Position numbers and translations under genes: made by a program. Positions 1-12,893 of a DNA stretch of 64,000 nt are shown in pieces. The notes under the pieces were generated by a model. That model saw only the letters and a program-made list of their open reading frames with translations. It ran no database searches and had not been told where the DNA came from. How positions within the stretch are numbered: position 1 is the first letter of the stretch; the number at the start of each line of letters is the position of its first letter. This DNA is from Takakia lepidozioides (lineage: Eukaryota; Plantae; Bryophyta), in the NCBI GenBank assembly GCA_030704615.1, contig CM060731.1, forward strand, positions 52,824,001-52,888,000. Direction: 5' to 3'.

Positions 1-165
1 GTGGTTATGCAATTTAAATCCCAAATGCTTTGTGTTAAATTTGGAAACAAGCCCTTTGTTTGCAGGTATTGAGGATTCTCTCTTGTTTTACTTCGTCCCT
101 TGAGCCCCTAAGCACGCTTTAAAGTTTTTCTTTCTTTGTTTATTTCTCTCTTAATTACTTTTAGA

Positions 166-532
166 AGACAGTATTCATTTTCTGATACACTGTCTGGGGT
201 TCTCTCACCAAAGAGACGCTCTCTTCAAATTTATTAAGGGAATTGTGCCTGTACCCCTGTTTACCAACTTTGAAAGTCTCGAGGCTGAGCCAAAAGCCCA
301 GGCCCTCCTGAGGCCTAGTTTTTGGGCAAATCACACACAGCAGATTGATGCTTGTGTGAAGGGATTTCTAGAGGATATCTGGAAAACCCGGATTAATTCT
401 TTATATGGAGGTAAGTCTTACTACCAACGTCAGCCCCTGACAGAGGTAGGTTCTGTCCCCTTTGTTCCCGCTCAAACTGGGCGCGGGGTCAATGGCCACA
501 AGGCTACGGCAAACAACGTCTTATGAGTACAA
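166..532 (+). mobile_element. 5'-truncated LINE (non-LTR retrotransposon) ORF2 3' end, RTEX/L2-like
   Basis: Frame reads EDSIHFLIHC...QRDALF (distal half of an ORF2 CCHC knuckle) ...FLEDIWKTR... to a stop at 526. Flanked by a 19-bp TSD tctcttaat(t/g)acttttaga at 147-165 and 533-551. The 3' 130 bp recur at 51839-51970. Confidence 0.75.
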
Positions 533-2729
533 TCTCTTAATGACTTTTAGATAGGAAAATGCAAGCATTTTTCCAATCCTACCTCCAGGACAATATAGAG
601 CTTGCATGTGGATGTGGAAATTGTAAGCATAAAATTACATTCCTTCTGGTACTATCTTCCTTTACTTTCAAGGGTGCCTTGTAAATGATCCATCCTCTAT
701 GAGCCAGTCTCAACTGTAGTATCTTCTAAGGATGTTCTATTACAGATAGACCTTGTCAAGAGCCTCGGCGGCATAAATGTGATCCTCTGTGAATATAAAT
801 CTTGTCCGCATACTGCTTGGCCACTGAAGAGTACCTCAAACATGACTCAACCTTGGTGCTGGATGGACATTCACTTTATGCAAGCACTACAGCAAGGGAG
901 GATTTATAGTATAATTGTCACCACTGGGTAATAATCCCAGAGCCTGGGGAGATGGTGACCTCAGGGTACATCATCACTAACCTTTATGGGTTATAGAAAG
1001 TCCAGAACTTCTCTTTCACCCCATTTAAGCGGGCATGAGTTGTAACAGCAAGAAAGTTTTAATGAGTGCAATGGGTAACCAAGCATGAAGTTGGGTGATA
1101 CTGTCTGCAGATTTGGAGGTATTGGCTGTAGATGCCAGAAGGCGGCAGGGTAAACTTGCTCAACGTCCTCTGAAGGATGGCAGGGAGGCACGTGCCTTGA
1201 AATTGTTGCTGAATCGTGTGGACTCTTGCATTAAGTCACACACCCTTGCCATAAAGGTCCGCTTCTCCTTCTCCATTCTTTCTTCTGTTTTGGCCCACAT
1301 TTCATAGTGTGGTATCAGAGTCTAGGGGCCGATACATGATAATATGCACTGAGATCATCTGTGAACTGTTCACTTAATCTTCTGCACTACACATCCCTAT
1401 TAGATCTTCAAGAAATGTGTGTCTCAATGCTTTGACCAAGAAATGTAATCTGCAAAGTCAGCCATACTCCTGGCACCCGTAGTCAAGTGAATTCTAAGTA
1501 AAGGCTTGGATCGTGTATCAGAGGGCAGAGAACGTACGGATAGAAATGCAAATCAGCAAGGAGCGTGCAGAAATGGCAAGAGCAGTGCTTGCTGGAGAAC
1601 TTCGAGTGCTTCGCTCTGTGGGAGCATGGTTGCGACCTCGTGCAGAAGGTGGAGGCTTTGATTCGCTATGCTTACAATGACAACATTATTCCTTGAAACA
1701 TGAAAAATGGTGGGACCAGATACCACAATTCACCAACGAAACCCAAAGAGCTTTATTGAAACTTAGAAAATCGCATGTGTCAAGGAAATAATAAACTCAA
1801 GCTACTATCTCAAGCTTGTCATTCCATCCTACTGTTTGAAATACATCAGACAAGGAAAAGGGAAGAGAGCTTTGGAAGGAAAGATGAAGCCATGCCGGCT
1901 ACTTCTACCTGAGCCAGTATAGACATGGCTTGTACTCTTTGCGAAGCAATAGATACAATTTGATCATGTAAGGCCAAAAGAAACGAGGCAATGCTTGCTA
2001 TGTCTTGGCTTGAGCTGCACGATGAGCACAAGTACGTATAGAATTGTTAAATCATAGAATCGTCCGAAAGATCTCCACTACATGGTAGAAATGCATCCAT
2101 TGGAAGTGATGGTACTCTCTCTTCTTATCCGAGCAGTTGAGCAGCTGCAGTTATGAAATCAACGATATATGCTGTGCAGCGTTCCCACTGTCTAAGAAAC
2201 CTCATAACCCAGCAACCAAAGATGCAACGTTGGAGATTTCAGGATCGGAGGTACATCCGCAACCCCCCCATAGCTCCTTTTCGTGCTCTGTCCAGTTCCC
2301 AAACAAGGCCTTCAGCGTCTTACCACACCGTTGTAAGTAGACTGATCTGAACTCCTGCGGAACCATTCACCTCCTCCCTACAAACGAAAAAAACCCCCCC
2401 AACTCACTCTTTTGTTGATTGAAAGTGAAGTGAAGTGAAGGAAAGGAAGAAATTTATGGGATGGTTTCAAATTATCTTCGGTTCTGAGTTTTAATAGTGC
2501 CCTACGAAGCATGTTCGCTAATAACTTGAGAGCCAGGCTGCCAGGGTTGGGCGTAGTGTTACAACGATTGTTTTCTTGGTACGTAAGGGTTAGGATATTG
2601 CAAGCGGGATGCCAACACAAGTTGATGTCTCAATTGATCCGTGTCTTGCACTGTGATTGTGCAGTCTGGAGGGTTGACTGATGCATTTCAAGGGTGACTC
2701 TGTTTCTGAAGTGGGCCCTGTTTGTTGAT

Positions 2730-3660
2730 AAATCAAGTGCAGCTAGATGATATGCATCCTGGGACTGCACGAGGAATGGGGAGACCAAGCTGGTTGGGCT
2801 CCATGTATACCTCAGTGTTACTTTCCTGCTTATGCAGTCCACTTGGGAATGTTGGAACTGGAAACCTTCCAGCCTCTTTCAGTTTTCTACCCCCATCCCG
2901 TGACCCCTTTATAGACTTGGATTTGAAAATTTGGGGTTCCTGCTCATTGATGTTTTTAGACATTTCAAAGAAAGTAATTGCCTATACATCTCAACCTTGG
3001 CCAGTCAAATGGTATGAATACCCGTCCAGGAACTGTGGGGTACCCAAATACCATGCCAAAATGACACTAGTTGGGTTTAGGTACAGCACAAGGGATTCCT
3101 TTTCTTGTCTTAAGAAGCTTCAGGTGCGTGGTGAATGTCCCGCTACCACAAAATTCGTCCCAAAGGATTGTTGGCTGAGCAGTTGTACTACAGGATGCAA
3201 ACTGCTTTCACCACTCCACAGATGGGGTTTGTTCTGTGGAGTACTGATGCTTTTCAGAAAACACGCTTGCTTCGTTCATCAAACTGCGAAGCTGCTGGGT
3301 CCATCCACCATTTCCTGAGAATATTGGTTATGTTGTACCGTTCAGCGCATTTCCTCTGTGGCATATGAAACTTCAAAGAGCGATCACGGGTTCAACTCAC
3401 CAAGAGGTGGAAACTCAGCCAGTAAATTGCACACCATGCTCCAACATAACCAACAGCAATCTGGTTGCAGCTTTCAACAGCGTGGTCTACATCATACATG
3501 GATGCATTTGGCTCTGGCCAGATGTGACACAGCTATCGTTGGACTTTGTAGTCATGTCTCGACAAAAGACCGAGTCTGAGAGAAAGAGGAGCTCGTACAT
3601 TTCCTGCACCACATGACACATGAAATTAAACTCTGCAAGACATCGCCTTCCCTCTGTTCT
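2730..3660. mobile_element. Highly degenerate Ty3/gypsy pol/integrase relics
   Basis: Scattered eroded motifs: EVETQPVNCTPC and QLSLDFVV..KT (+, 3365-3616), AGRFPVP and YHLTGQ (-), LAEFNF (-). No intact frame. Confidence 0.35.
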
Positions 3661-4163
3661 CTTCAGTTACTGTCCAAGCAAATCCTACTCAATCACATTC
3701 CCTCCTTCATCCCAAGCTTTCCAACTGCTTGTAGTGAAATCTCTTGGCTACTCTCTTCTAAGATTAGATATGTTACTTCTCCCAGATACAAACTCTCTCT
3801 TCTTTCTTGAGCTCTATGAAGATCCCGGCATGCTTCAAGAGCAGCTTTGTCAGGGTTTGTCAAGTAAGATTGTCCAGAATTTTGGCAGAAGGACTTTTAG
3901 TACCACCCTGATTTATTCCCAAAGCATCCATTTTCCACCCGCAGGGTCAACCAGGAACATGTTCTTGTACACTCACGCCATGTTGTAGTATCCTAAAGCT
4001 ACGTAACCCCTCCCTTCTCTCCCGTACAAATACAGTGAAGAACATAGAGGACATGAGCATGTTAATGAATGAATCTGACTTACCGCAAACCAGACAGCTC
4101 CACCAAAGAGATTCCAGAAATATGTTTGCACCTGCTGACCTCCGAGAAGGACGGTTGCAATGC

Positions 4164-7100
4164 TCAGAGCTCTGTTGTCAAAATATCATCCCTATGGTTC
4201 TGCTCAAGCACATAGCGAGCAAATTGCCTCTCGTGCTGGACCATGGCCGCTAGATCCTCCCGCCCAGCATCTCTGTAGCTCTTGATTACTACACTGTATG
4301 CAATATCGTCAGGCTCGCACCCAGCTCGCTTCATTCTTTTAAAAACACGTGAGACCCCTTCCAGCAGTCCCATCCTTGCATATACACAGATTACAGTCGT
4401 GTAGGTCACCACATCAGGCTCTAAACCTTTGGTTTGCATCTCCATGGAAATCCGTAAAGCCTCATGAAGGTGCCCTGCATGCCCGTAGGCAAATATCATG
4501 GCAGAGTAGGCTGCTGTATCAAGGACAAATCCACTCGTTCGAAGTGCCTCACAGGCTTCAAGTGCTTCTTCATGCATGTCCGCATGACCATACAAGCTGG
4601 CAGCAGTCGTGAGAGTATGCATGCTAAGTGGGAGGCCTGAAGAATCTGCTGCCTCTATCTGCTTCAAAGCATCCTTCAGAAGGCCTGCTTTCTTCAGTAT
4701 GGCTGCCAGGCAGTTGTAGGTAAGGATGTCAGGAGCAATCCCCTTTGATTGCATTAGTTCAAAAATTTCTGTTGCCTCTGTCACGCTTCGGGACATCTCT
4801 AGAACACTGTTGAAAGAGACCAGATTTGTAAGGAGACCTGCCTTCCGCATTCTTCTCGCCACTTCAGATGCCTCCCGTATCATACCTAGTCTCATGTTGC
4901 ATCAAGGACAACAAGTGAGTAGAGGTGCCTATCCAAAGTGAGGAACATAATCGACAGTGAGAATGCACTCAGAAATGTATTTCTTTTCCTTCACACATTT
5001 TGCAGCCATGGCCTCTGTTTGCAATAGCATTTCATCTAATTTCTTATTCACACGAAGCCCTTTCATGGATTCCCCCATGTTTAACATTGTCTTAATGTTG
5101 TTGCAGAAAGTCACCTGATTTTTTGTACAGGTTTAGCATAATCGTCAGCGTAACCTCACTCTTGTGCATGGCCTCTCCCAAAGCAGATGCCAGCTCCTCC
5201 ATTTCTGATGTAATCTGTTTGGAAAGACCCAAGCCGGAAGCAACCTTTGCCTCCCCTGCCATTGCGTTTCTTAAGAGAGTTCTAAAAGTCACAGCATCAG
5301 GCACTAGACCTGCCTCCCTCATCCTCTCGTAATACTCATGCGCGAGTCGTTTTTTTCCTTTCTTCAAATACAAAGCAATCATTGTGTTGTAAGTAGCTAC
5401 ATCCGGGACACAATCCACATCACCCATCTTTTTGAAAATGGCCTTAGCTTCTTCTAGCCGGCCCGCATGCCCGCAAATATGAATCATGGTGTTAAATGTC
5501 ACAGTGTTAGGGGAAACCCCAGCTGCCATCATGTTACGGAAAAGTTTTGAAGCTTCTGCTGACTGACCGTTACGAGCATACAGGTCCATCATTGTGTTGT
5601 ATGTATCCACATTCTTCGGGTGGGAACTAAATCCTGTATCTGTGCCTTGCAGGGGTTTCACACTCCCTGTTGGGTCAACCCTTTTTTCTGTGGCTTCCTT
5701 GCTCTGTGTTTCCTCATCGGGCATGAAGGGTTCCTTACCCCCTAGATCTGGGTTCTCCCTATCAAAAGTCTCAATCCCTCTGTTTGTCTCTCCTATGCTT
5801 AAGTCACACTCTCCCTCTGAAACCACCCCATGTGATACAGGTTTCTCTGCGAAAGCAATTGCACAATGTTTAGCATTGCAACTATGGCTGGGAATATGAG
5901 AACACATACTGGACATCTAGGATAAGTACAGCTTACTATGCTATCATGCAGGATTGACTTGCTACAAAGCTTGGCAATCGTGACGTGCGACAAACACAGG
6001 GGCACCTTTGACCCCACCATGCAAACTGACCAGAACTCTTTACAAAGCAGCTTCTATCTTCACCATTAGCTTCTTTTCAAACTTTCCATTACAAGACCAC
6101 TAGAGAGGAAATAGACCAAATCAAACTTCTTCATACAAGAGAGGGTTGTGCATGTGTACTGAATTGAGTTGGAATGTCTTCTTTGATTTGGCTTTTGTCA
6201 ATGGCCGCGTGGCCTCCAGCCGTGTCTGATCTTGACAGGGAATGGAAAAGCTTCTCGGCTTCTGCAACATCTCCAAACTTCTTATATGCATTAATGAGCG
6301 TATTGACGGTTACTTCATCCGGCTGCAACCCCCCCTCCTTCATACTGTCAAACCAAAACAGGGCATCTTCTTTGTGCCCCGCTCTAGCATAAGAGTCAAT
6401 AAGCGTGCTATAAGTTACATTGGTCGGCGTGATGTTTTGGCTATGCATTTCAGACAATAGATCCCTCACCAGATCCCATTTCCGCGCCCTCCCACATATT
6501 TTCAGCATTATATTGTACACATACACGTTCGGCCTGTACTTTCTTTGCTGCTTCAACCATGAAAAGATAGTTAGAGCCTTGTCCCACTGCATCTGCCGGT
6601 CTAAAAGCATCGACTGTTCTTTTACGTTGATCTTTCCCTTCCACAGTTCCAGTGCATCTTCCATGTCCAGGTTGGTCTTGAGGGCCTCTAAAATGGAAGA
6701 AACAGGCTCGCTGTGTGTCTTTCTCACCTTTCGGCCCGTCTGGCTCTCCCATGCTCTCCTTCTCAAAACCTTTCCTCCTCCCTCCTTTCGACAAACCCTT
6801 TCCTTGTCAGCTGTTCCAAATTGCTGCGCTGATGTACTTGCTTCCGAATCCCCTGTGCCAGATCCTGCAGACCATCGCTTCTCTTCCCTAGCAATGTGGG
6901 ATAGTTCCTCAGATCTATGGTCCTCCTGCGACTGGGAGTCCAACCCAATTACGGACTCAAAGTCTGACCTGGGGTAGCTGACTGGAAGAACGGACGAAAG
7001 ACGGGAACCAATACCTCGAAATGCGTCTGGTCCCGCCCGCCAGCTCCTCGACGGGGCACCAGTAATTGCCTGATGTGAGATCAACTTCAGAGAAAACCCT

Positions 7101-7189
7101 TCGATGATTCTCTTCTCAGACACGGGGCGAAACTGGAAGCAGCCCAAGGTGCAAGAATTGAGAGCAAGACGATCAATCAGCACAGCCAT
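4164..7189 (-). CDS. P-class pentatricopeptide repeat protein, organelle-targeted, at least 3 exons (At1g73710/At3g23020-like)
   Basis: ATG at 7189 (MAVLIDRL) with a Ser/Arg-rich N-terminus. KEQSMLLDRQMQWDKALTIFSWLK..YRPNVYVYN, then 35-aa P repeats in ORFs 6131-7234, 5092-5916 and 4164-4895. A GT..AG intron joins KKSG|MIRE. The exon 1/2 junction is uncertain. Confidence 0.85.
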
Positions 7190-7267
7190 CTCACAATATG
7201 AACAACACTGCGTGATCGCGGTAAGCACTAGCACGTCCGCATGCCATTCCTCCAGTCTTCGCCGTGC

Positions 7268-7281
7268 AGGGTTTAGGGTTT
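7268..7281 (-). promoter_or_regulatory. Telo-box pair upstream of the PPR gene
   Basis: AGGGTTTAGGGTTT ~80 bp upstream of the ATG. TGGGCT site-II-like motifs lie at ~7470. Confidence 0.4.
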
Positions 7282-7680
7282 AAGCCTGCCCTCTCCAGAA
7301 ACCAAACTAGGGATGTCACATTTCAGGGATAGTACATTTAGCATACTAGTAATATTCACTACATTCCCCTCTCCAGCACATAACGGAATGCACCTTAACT
7401 GCAGATTACGGTTCATAATGTGCTGTTTTGCTTTGTTTTGGTTTTGTCTTAGGGTTTCGAAATAGTTATTGGGCTGGGCTTTTTCTCATAGTTGAAATCG
7501 CCAAACTTCTCCAAACAAAATATAAGTAATGGATGAATTTTCCAAAATGGATGATATAAATGGATGAAAGTACAGAGGAGGATGATTCTATCCAAATTTC
7601 AGCGGATGAACAGAAAATATGGCTACTTCCTGGTATTTTTCCAAATTTAGAGAAAAAACACTCATCGCTTCAGTGCATCA

Positions 7681-7816
7681 GCTAGTAGCTCAGTTGGTAA
7701 GTGCACAGCGTGTCGCCCTGATGGTTTAGAGTTCAAACACGCTGCCCTGCCTGGTGTGTGGAACGTTCGTCCAGGTTTCCTTATTTAAAAAAACAAAACT
7801 AAACAAAACAAAAAAC
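7681..7816 (+). mobile_element. tRNA-derived SINE
   Basis: Pol III A box TAGCTCAGTTGG (7686-7697) and B box GTTCAAAC (7731-7738), then a non-tRNA body and an A-rich tail (aaaaaaacaaaactaaacaaaac). No cloverleaf acceptor stem. Confidence 0.6.
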
Positions 7817-8169
7817 TTCTAAAATAAAAATAAGCGGCCTTTACGGCCTTCTAGGAGGTTATTTTTCCTCCTCCCATGTTTTGACTTTTTCTTTTTCTTT
7901 TTCTTTTTTCTTTTTTCTTTTTTTTCTCTTAATAAATATTCCAGGGCCACTGTCCCCAGTTTTTAAAATAATAATAATAATTGTTTTTTCATTTTAAAAT
8001 AGTAAAAAATAATTACCCCTCCAACCTTGGCTAAACCGGGCGACGTGGCCGTATGATTGAGCAGTGCACTGCCTAGCTGGCATCCTAGATAACACGTGTA
8101 AGATGCTGCCACGGCGCGCACTCTGAGGAAGTCATTGAGTGGAGCATCGGTCGGACAAGAGAGGTCCCT

Positions 8170-8210
8170 GGAACACTCTGGAGAGTGAAGAACGCTCCAG
8201 ATTGCTCCGC
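8170..8210 (+). promoter_or_regulatory. Imperfect heat-shock elements of the HSP101 promoter
   Basis: Alternating nGAAn-like units GAAcaCTCtgGAG and GAAcgCTCcaGATtgCTC, ~220-260 bp upstream of the ATG. Confidence 0.4.
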
Positions 8211-8428
8211 CACCATCCTCTGCATTCTAGGTCCCTCTCACACATTCTCGTTCTTTCTCTCTTCCCTTATCATCAACGTCACCCTTGTATCGGTATTTTT
8301 CTTCGAAATTGGAGACTCAGAGTTGCTGTTACCGTTCAGAAAGTGTTGCATAGAGAGGGAAAGTGAGCTATCGACTCTTTGGGAGCGTTAACAACTCGCA
8401 GAAGAGGATCTGCATTTAACGTCTGACC

Positions 8429-11400
8429 ATGAATCCGGAGAAGTATACACACAAGACTAACGAAGCGTTGGCCGGGGGCCAGGAGCTGGCCACGAATGCT
8501 GGCCATGCACAATATACACCAGTTCATTTGGCGCTTGCTCTACTCAACGATCCTGAAGGCATCTTCAGGCAAGTACTGAGTTCGGCTGGCGGCGGGGATG
8601 AAGCGATCACCTCTGTTGAGAGAGTTTTGAATCGGCTTCTGAAGAAATTCCCTTCGCAGGACCCTGCTCCGGACGCCTCCCCGGCTAACAATGCGCTCCT
8701 GAAAGCCATCCGGAAGGCTCAGTCTGCTCAGAAGGCCAAAGGTGACTCGCATTTAGCTGTGGATCAGGTGATTCTTGCATTGTTGGAAGATTCACAAATT
8801 GCGGATGCCCTGAAAGAGGCTGGCATTAGCCCTGCCAAGGTGAAGGCCCAGCTTGAAGCTATGAGGGGAAGTGCAAAGAAAGTGGAGAATGCCACGGGTG
8901 ATACCAATTTTCAAGCTCTATTAAAGTATGGAAGGGACCTCGTGGAGGACGCAGGCAAGCTGGATCCAGTGATTGGAAGAGACGACGAAATCCGAAGAGT
9001 GATCCGCATCCTCTCCAGGCGGACCAAAAACAATCCTGTGCTAATTGGGGAGCCTGGGGTAGGTAAAACGGCAGTGGTCGAGGGACTTGCTCAGAGAATT
9101 GTGCAGCGTGATGTCCCAAGGTGAGACATTGTATTGTATCAATTTTTTTGTAAGAAGGTAAACCTATAGTAACAGTTGTACCATTTTATTCGCGCATTCC
9201 AGTCTACATATATCAAATCTTGCAAAGTTGGACAAATGGTCATGCGGCAGTGTGTATGAGGACTTGATGTGTTTATTGCTAAGAATGTTTATTTGTCGTG
9301 TCGTGCAGTAATTTGCTTGATGTGCGAGTCGTCGCTTTGGATATTGGAGCATTGATTGCGGGTGCCAAGTACCGGGGTGAATTTGAAGAACGCCTCAAAT
9401 CTGTGCTCAAAGAGGTCGAAGATGCACAGGGCAAAGTCATTCTTTTCATTGATGAAATTCACCTTGTACTTGGAGCAGGTGACGGACCGATAATATCCCT
9501 GCTCATTCTTAACTTCTCAACATGTTTCTTCATCTTGTGTCTACCTTGCAACAAGAAGTCAGTTGTACCATGGTCATGCCTTTTATATCTTTTACCCTAC
9601 TAATATCAGTGTTATGAATGGGTCTCAGGGCGCACAGAAGGGTCAATGGATGCAGCAAATCTTTTGAAGCCAATGCTCGCTCGTGGCCAGCTCCGTTGCA
9701 TTGGGGCAACAACACTAGATGAGTATAGGAAATATGTTGAGAAAGATGCAGCTTTTGAGCGTCGTTTTCAACAGGTTAGTAGCTCACTCTACCAATCCCT
9801 ATCCAAAATATTGGCCGGGGTGCTGTTCTCCTATTTTCTTTGTTTAGCCAGTTTAGTGAATGGTGTCGCGGTGGTTTTTCATGCATACGAGTTGTCACAA
9901 TGCAGGTAATGGTGGCAGAGCCCAGTGTGGAAGATACAATTGCTATTCTTCGAGGACTAAAAGAGAAGTACGAAGGACATCATGGTGTGCGGATATTGGA
10001 TAGGGCTATAGTAGTAGCTGCTCAGCTGTCAGCTCGATACATTACAGGTAACATTGTGGAGGGATTTCTGGCATTGCCATTTCCCCCTTGCTTTCTTGGT
10101 TCCATAGGGTAAGTAAGCAAAGCTCTAGGTTGTTCACAGCAGTATAACCAACAGCTCCACAGTTAGAAAAGAATTCTGGAGTTATTGACAAGCAGCTGTA
10201 TGTCAACAACCATGAAACAATCTATCTAACCTGCTGTGATTCTTGTCTCCACTGGTTGTATGTACTCTGCAGGGCGATTTCTTCCAGACAAAGCTATTGA
10301 TTTGGTGGATGAGTCATGCGCTAACGTGCGGGTGCAACTCGATAGCCAACCTGAAGAGATTGACAATTTGGAACGGCGGAGAATTCAGCTGGAGGTTGAG
10401 CTCCATGCTCTGGAGAAGGAGAAAGACAAAGCCAGTAAAGCACGTTTAGTGGAGGTAAGTGAACAAAACTATTTCACAGTAGGACGAATGCCTGATGTAT
10501 TTTCTGGATTTACTGTAAGTTAGTTTGTAAGCATGCCTGTCAGATTTAAGTTTGGGCTTTCACGATGTCTTGGTCCAACTTTAAGAGAACTATTGTGAAG
10601 AGGGATGTGATTGTCGGTTGTATTGTTGCACAGGTAAAACAGGAACTTGACAACTTGAAAGAAAAGTTGCGACCCTTGAAGATGAAGTATGAAAGGGAAA
10701 AGAAGAGGGTGGATGAGCTACGTCGGTTGAAGCAGAAGCGGGAGGAGTTGCAAGTTAGCCTACAGGAAGCTGAACGGCGCTATGACTTGGCAAGAGCTGC
10801 TGACCTGAAATACGGTGCTCTTCAAGAGCTGGATTCAGCCATTAATAATTTAGAGGCGGCTGAAGTGGATGAAAATAACATGCTTACCGAGACTGTTGGG
10901 CCGGAGCAGATTGCTGAGGTAAGTGCTTTCACCTACCTCATGTGCTTTGGCTGGTCAATTCACTGATCATTGGACATTATTTTCTCCAATTTCTTTGACC
11001 AAGATGGTTGAAGTTCCTGCTAGGATGAGTGAAGTAGATACAGAGCCTTGATCACTCTTAGAAACAAAGAAAACAAGAAGGAAGAGCGTAGCCTATTATG
11101 CAGCATGTATAGGTGTTGACTGGTGGATGATTTTGGGGCATGGCAGGTAGTCAGCCGATGGACAGGTATTCCAGTGACCAGGCTTGGCCAAAATGAGAAG
11201 AACCGTCTACTAGGGTTAGCAGAACGTCTGCACCAGCGTGTGGTGGGCCAGGATGAGGCGGTGCAGGGGGTGGCTGAGGCTGTCATTCGGTCACGCGCCG
11301 GTTTAGGGCGACCCCAACAACCTGTGGGGTCGTTCCTTTTCCTTGGGCCTACGGGTGTTGGTAAAACTGAATTGGCGAAGGCTTTGGCAGAACAGCTATT

Positions 11401-12893
11401 TGACTCAGAGAAGCAGTTAATACGCATTGACATGTCGGAGTATATGGAACAGCATTCTGTGGCCCGACTGATTGGTGCCCCTCCAGGGTATGTACCAGAC
11501 ATGGCCCCACCCCACATCCTGACTGCATGGGATGGCATATAAGATGGCCCTTACGTTCTGCTTTCATTGCCACTTTGATCTGATTCTCTCAATTCTAACA
11601 GGGTGTTGCTGAGGAAAGGTATGATGGAAATTTATGATTTACACACCTAACCATCTTTGAGGGCTCTACTAAACCAAGCTGGGTCAATACATGGCTGTGG
11701 CAGGTATGTAGGGCATGAGGAAGGAGGGCAGCTAACAGAAGCAGTCAGAAGACGGCCTTACAGTGTGGTGCTGTTTGATGAAGTGGAGAAGGCACACCCT
11801 GCTGTCTTCAATACCCTGTTGCAGGTTCTTGATGATGGCCGTCTCACTGATGGGCAGGGTCGCACTGTCGACTTCAGTAACACAGTCATAATATTGACAT
11901 CCAACCTGGGTGCAGAGCATTTACTTGCAGGCTTGAGTGGGGAGCAGAGTATGGTTGTTGCACGCGAAAAAGTGATGCAGGAGGTAGGCCTTCTCTTGCA
12001 TTGTCACATAAGGTTAGGTTGCTACAATCTGATTGCCTATGTTATGGTAGTATATCAGCTGTATCAGTTTAACTGTTAAGCTCCCTGTGTGGACAGTTTG
12101 AAACTCTGTAGTTACAACAGCTTTTAGAGATAGTGATATATTCTGACCTCGCATTATATGATTGAATGTCTGTCTCCGCCTGTACTCCTAGGTTCTGTAA
12201 TGTGAGTGGCTGACCAGTATTGGAATGGTGGGTTTCTAGGTGAAGAGAAATTTCAGGCCAGAGTTATTGAACAGATTGGATGAGATTGTCATCTTCGACC
12301 CGCTCTCTCAGCCGCAACTGCTCAAGGTGGCCCGCTTGCAGATGAAAGATGTTGCCGCGCGCCTTGCAGAACGTGGGGTGGCCTTGGCTGTCACTGATGC
12401 TGCCCTTGAGTTTGTGCTGGCTGAGTCTTATGATCCTGTAAGTCTAATTTGTCATTGTTATTGCAGTTATGTCGAGGCGCTTATTTATGGTCCTAATCTC
12501 ATACTGCCAGTCTATGCATCAGGAACTGTCAAGCATAATCATGGTGACAAAGGCACTGGCTAAGGTTTGTTTGTTATCACATTGCTGCAGGTATATGGTG
12601 CACGTCCACTACGGCGGTTTCTGGAACGGAAGGTAGTGACACATTTATCAAAGATGCTGATAAATGATGAAATTGATGAGAACTCCACAGTCCACATCGA
12701 TGCAAACGGTCGAGAATTGTCATTCCGTGTAGAACGGAATGGTGGCCTTGTTAATGAAACCACTGGTGCACGGGGAGACATACTCATTCAAGTTCCAAAT
12801 GGTTATCCCAAAGATGGGGGCTCATCACAGAGCATGAAGAAGATGAAGGTTGAGGAGATTTTCGATGATGATGCTGATGACATGCAAGATTAA
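8429..12893 (+). CDS. HSP101: Cytosolic ClpB/heat shock protein 101, 10 exons
   Basis: [14 protein letters not shown] start, Walker A motifs GEPGVGKT and [20 protein letters not shown], acidic C-terminus. Exons 8429-9120, 9309-9478, 9629-9774, 9906-10047, 10273-10454, 10634-10918, 11147-11487, 11704-11983, 12240-12437, 12591-12893, all GT-AG. Confidence 0.97.

Noticed and set aside
1310-1321. tRNA-Met PBS (tggtatcagag) of an LTR element
   Set aside because: No LTR boundary or intact gag could be tied to it. The surrounding DNA is too degenerate.
7681-7750. Functional tRNA gene
   Set aside because: A and B boxes are present, but there is no acceptor/anticodon stem pairing, and an A-rich tail follows, which indicates a SINE.
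11020-11538. Antisense ORFs over HSP101, the PPR genes and bZIP
   Set aside because: Shadow frames of real coding sequence with no independent motifs.
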